Assembly: GCA_965649825.1 (NCBI GenBank) | Contig: OZ287703.1 | Coordinates: 496,001 to 560,000 of the forward strand | Direction: 5' to 3' | DNA: 64,000 nucleotides | DNA from: Penicillus capitatus | Lineage: Eukaryota; Plantae; Chlorophyta | Shown: piece after piece, positions 59,696 to 64,000 of the stretch | How the letters are laid out: each line of letters starts with the position of its first letter | How positions within the stretch are numbered: position 1 is the stretch's first letter | Program-made: the position numbers and the translations under genes | The notes under the pieces: model-generated | The model's input: the letters and a program-made list of their open reading frames with translations, nothing else | Told to the model about the DNA's origin: nothing | The model's database searches: none

Positions 59696-61810
59696 TCATG
59701 TGTTCTTTTGGAGGTTAGCCAAAGCCGCTCCCAGGTAATTTGTTGACTTGTCTGGCACATGGGCCACCAATTCATAGGCCTCCTTGTCCTCTTCACCACT
59801 GGAATCTTCATGCGCCACCTGCTCAACATTTAAAACGGCGTTTCAGCCAGGGATAGACTTACTTCGAATGTTTTGTTGCGAGCCAGAGGCTGTGGGATGG
59901 CACGGACACCCACATCGGCAACGTCCACAGCACTGATGCTCTGTTTGACCCGCTCACCCTAAAGCGAAACGCACGGCGGTATTGTGTACAGAGCGACGTA
60001 GGTGAAGGATCGATACCTGATCAAAGACCAGAGCTTTCAGTCCACCCGGTTCGTCATTGAGTGTGGTGGGGCGGACAATGGTGTAACTGACACCCGAATT
60101 GCGCACCATTGCTTCTCCTCTGCGTTGGCAGATGAGAATCTCCTTCAGCGTCTGCACATCGACGCCCTGTCGTGGGACCCCTGCACAGGAGATCAAGACG
60201 AAATCTGTCGATTCTCCTTTTGGCAATGTCTTGATATAGTGCACTTCCAGATTGAACCGGCCAGAAGGCTGCCCATATGTACCATCTGCCGAGGTCACCG
60301 GTTTTCCACGATTTTCAAATCTGCACGTGCGAATCGTTCAGGCCTAGTTGCAGAGCGAAGGCCTTGTATGGCACCTGAATCCCATGCTGGCGATTCTTGA
60401 GCCGTCTAAAGTGTCACTGCCACCCCAGTCTGGACGAAAGAGCGTGTACGGAATGCGAATTGTCGCGTATCCCCATTTCGTTGCAAAGCGCGCTGCAAAC
60501 TTGCGCCCGTCATCTGAATGGCACCCGCCACATGACGATGAGATTTGTGGGAGCGGTTGTCAGTCTTTTACCCATCGTGCACACCATGGCATAGACATTC
60601 CCGTCGCCTCGTACGCGGAGAACAACACCTTCAGCTGCTGCCGCTGTCTCCGTCTGAATCGAACCACCCATCTCCGCCGCAAAGCCAATGTCATTCACCG
60701 CTCCTGCATTTGATCTACTCCACAGATCCATCAACTGAACAAGCCCAACCTCGAAACAGCAGATTCCTCGATTTTGAGCTGTTGACAACGAAACTGTTTT
60801 GCCCAGATGTCCACTGCTTGACTCCATTATTGGTTCCGCCTGACGATACAATCATGAAGGTGATAGGTGTCACATCCTGAGCATGGATAGCACGAACATG
60901 TCGGAAGTGGCTCTTCATCGTCCCCTTCAAACCGACAGACGCGTCCCAAGGCTATGCCTTTCCAGCCGCCCATTTCTGGAGCATGCTTGAAATTCATCAA
61001 CGTCTTCTTGTGGCCCGGGCTCTCCGGTTTGTTTTTGTGCCATCTCTCATCCTGCATCGTGTCCAGCATCGCAAACACTCAACGACGAGAGGAATGATCA
61101 CCATGAATGCATGGAGAACGTGTTTGAGGCCGCTTTCAAAAATTAACTCGTATGCTTCGGCATCCATTGTCTTTGGTGCAACGGAGAAGATGACCTGAAC
61201 ACGACCATGTCACTCTTGCGTTCTTACACTTTTTGATGTGACTTTATCCACGCCCTTCATTGCCTCTTGGCATTTCTGCGAGTCGAGCACATCGCCGATG
61301 ATGCATTCCACCTTCGAGGAGAGCATTTCTTCAACGCTTTGTTCATCGCGCAGCATCACTCGAACTTTGTAGCCACGCAACAGCAGCTTTCTCAGAACAA
61401 GCCGTCCTCCAAACGTCACATCCATCAGCTCATCTCGCGCATGACCGATCCACCTCACCTGTTTTGCCCGTTGCCCCGAGCACCAGAACACGCGTATTGT
61501 TCGCCTCTGGATCGACAGAGAATACGGCATCCTGATAGAAGTCGCTTTCACTGAAGCTCTTGGTCGGAGAGGCGAGGCCAGCAAACTGAGTCCACAGATC
61601 ATCAAAGGCCTGACGAGACTTGCGCCCGAGTCGATAAGGTCCGAGTTCGTCGAGGCCAAAACCCGGCTCATTGTTCGGCTCGTTTTTCGACGACTCGCGT
61701 GGCTCCTCAGCTGCACGGATTCGAAACGCCGAGCCAGAATGTGGTTTCCGATGCCATCTCGTCGGGACGACGCTGGCGCAGCGAGAAGGAAAGACGCACC
61801 GTGTTGACAT
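59696..61810 (-). CDS. HCF173: HCF173-like atypical SDR/NAD(P)-binding plus CIA30-like plastid protein
   Basis: LGRKSRQAFDDLW; VLVLGATGKTG|RLVLRKLLLRGYKV; SGVSYTIVRP..EPGGLKALVFDQ; terminal YELVAHVPDKSTNYLGAALANLQKNT resembles land-plant HCF173 as recalled. Confidence 0.8.
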
Positions 61811-61839
61811 GAGGTTCGAAAATGAAGTCATTCGCGAAT

Positions 61840-63734
61840 ATGGAGGTAGACGAGGAGGAGGTCGAGACGAAATCTGTCAAGGAGATGACGATGCTCTCGA
61901 CGAAACGGACCTACGAGATGTTCGCGGCGCATCGTTTGGAATGCCCATCCGTCGATGAGGCGAGGCGAGGACACCCCGTCGACCTTCTTCTGTCCAATCC
62001 CATGTCCTGTCCAATTCTGTAGCCAAAAGGCGAAGATTGCCTGCAAGATACGCAGTGAATATGGTGCCGTGAAAGATATCGTCGCCTTGGAGAACCGACC
62101 GCAGATTGGCCCAGTGGTACCGACGTCGACGAAATCGGACACCAAGAGTGAGACGGCTCAGCTCATCGATACCGTCCGGGAGACACATCACAAGTGCCAC
62201 TCACAAATCCGTAGCGCGTGTGGATAAATTGTCGCGTGTCATGCGCACAGATCAGGGGCTCTCGTTGTGAGCGGACAAGGGAGGACTGGATCTGGTCAAA
62301 TCTCTACTGTGAAGGGTGACGAATGTTCCAAAAGAGTGAGATCAGCGGATGAAAGTGTGATCATAGGATACGAGAAGACAAGTGCGGCAATCAGTCGTCG
62401 TTTGGGATCGAAATGGCCGAAGCCTGCGTGGCATGCACCATGGAAGAATTACCGTGTCATCTCGAGTCATTTGGGGTTTGCTGTTTCTGTATACAAGCGC
62501 ACAATGAGCAGAGGGATGGTTTCAGGTGGGTGCGATCCATTGCCTTTGATCCAGGGAATGAATGGTTTGCCACTGGCTCGGCCGATCGGACGATCAAGAT
62601 CTGGGAAACGGCAACGGGAACATTGAAGCTCACGCTGATGGGTCACATCGAACAGGTCCATCATCTGAACGACTCGCCCGCTTAACGATACACATTCTCT
62701 CTCTGCAGGTCACTGGACTGGCCATCAGTGCACGGCATCCTTACATGTTTTCGTCTGGACTCGACAAGAAAGTGATGTGCTGGGACTTGGAAGCGAACAA
62801 AGTACGCAAGAGAGAGGCGCATTTTTGATAGTCTATGCAAATGGATGTGATTCCATAGGTTATTCGTAACTATCATGGACATCTCTCGGGTGTCTATTCG
62901 TTGAAACTGCATCCGACGTTGGATCTTATCATGACAGGAGGACGGGATTCTGTTTGTCGCGTCTGGGACATGCGAACAAAGCTACAGATCTTTTGCATGT
63001 CTGGTCACGATAACACCGTTTGTTCCATTCTCACACGTTCCACCGATCCGCAAGTGCGATCGCAATGTCGATCTGATAGGAAAGCTCATAAGACAGTGCC
63101 TAGGTGATCACTGGAAGCCATGATGCCACGATTAAACTGTGGGATCTGCGCAAGAACAGGACGATGTCGACGTTGACACACCACAAGAAATCTATTCGAA
63201 CAATGGCGCTGCATGCTGAACAGCCAACCTTCTGCGCAGCTTCCGCAGACAATATCAAGAAATTCAAGCTTCCTTCGGTCCGGCGACCATTTTGTATTAT
63301 GTGATGTGACAGCTCATCTCTGGCTGGTGATATCTAGGGCGAATTTCTGCATAATACGATTCAGAAACAGGCCACCATTATCAATGCTATGGCTGTCAAC
63401 GAAGATGGCGTCATGGCAACGGGAGGCAACAATGGAATGCTCTGGTTCTGGGACTGGCACAGTGGGAACTGCTTTCAAGAGACGGACGTCATTCCACAGC
63501 CGGGTTCTCTGGAGAGCGAAGCCGGAATCTTCGCCATGGCCTTTGACGTGACAGGTCTATCCTGCCCCACACCCTACCTTCTGGTCCACTCCATCCAACC
63601 TAGCTGCTTTAGGATCGCGATTGGTCACATGTGAGGCAGACAAGACGGTCAAGATGTGGAAGGAAGATACAGAAGCGACGCCGGAGACACATCCTGTCCA
63701 ATTTAAACCTCCGCGCCAAATGCGCCGATTCTAA
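61840..63734 (+). CDS. PRL1: Pleiotropic regulator 1 (NineTeen complex WD40 splicing factor, Prp46)
   Basis: [20 protein letters not shown]|[26 protein letters not shown]; YHGHLSGVY; [10 protein letters not shown]; [19 protein letters not shown]. Confidence 0.95.
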
Positions 63735-63761
63735 GGATCGCCATTCTCGTCGTTTTGTCTT

Positions 63762-64000
63762 TCATTTCGATAGCGTTCCGTCAATTGACGCGTTCTCTGC
63801 GGTGCGTCTTCGATGTCGACCAATACCACACAGCGCAGTACGACCAGAGATGGCGGCAGTGTACACGTCCAGGTCGTCGTGCGTTGCCGGTGAGCCAGTC
63901 ATAAGGTGTCGCGATCCAAAGCTGTCGGTTGTGCACAACAGACCACTGAATGCGAAGGAACGCGTTCGCAATGTCCAGGACGTCGTTTCCTGCACGAGCA
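63762..64000 (-). CDS. Probable 3' end of an unidentified gene entering from the right edge
   Basis: Open minus-strand frames run from the edge to stops at ~63760-63790, convergent with PRL1. No recognisable motif. Confidence 0.3.
   Translation of the reverse strand, partial: LVQETTSWTLRTRSFAFSGLLCTTDSFGSRHLMTGSPATHDDLDVYTAAISGRTALCGIGRHRRRTAENASIDGTLSK

Noticed and set aside
57685-61810. Identical MSTRCV N-termini of the CobW and HCF173-like ORFs
   Set aside because: The codons differ, similarity ends after six residues, and the CobW start may be 57745. Treated as coincidence.

Overview
Eukaryotic nuclear DNA from a compact-genome green alga. The basis is ~45-65 bp spliceosomal introns, plastid-targeted NTRC, SEX4 and HCF173-like genes, and a YABBY gene; the exact taxon cannot be read from the sequence. 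The left 45 kb is an accessory island. It holds the 3' end of one giant gene (1-5846) and a complete tandem paralog (18383-44213, ~8,539 aa after splicing). The protein has a midasin-like ring of six AAA+ modules, a long helical linker, ASH/PapD-like Ig repeats and four vWA/MIDAS domains. The paralogs are separated by ~11.5 kb of heavily decayed, same-orientation Ty3/Gypsy pol remnants. The duplicated block (offset ~38.37 kb) ends inside exon 1 of NTRC, leaving an orphan NTRC promoter and transit-peptide fragment. The AAA ring is a sharply GC-rich island inside a 24.5-kb intronless exon, and the terminal vWA domain is hypervariable between paralogs. The right 19 kb is a dense housekeeping block: NTRC, UBC27-like E2, COG6, SEX4, LSM6, ATG3, YABBY, OMA1-like M48 peptidase, CobW/ZNG1, HCF173-like and PRL1. 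It shows very tight head-to-head gene pairs and several GC-AG introns. No rRNA, tRNA or CRISPR array was recognised. All exon calls, alignments and counts are by hand.
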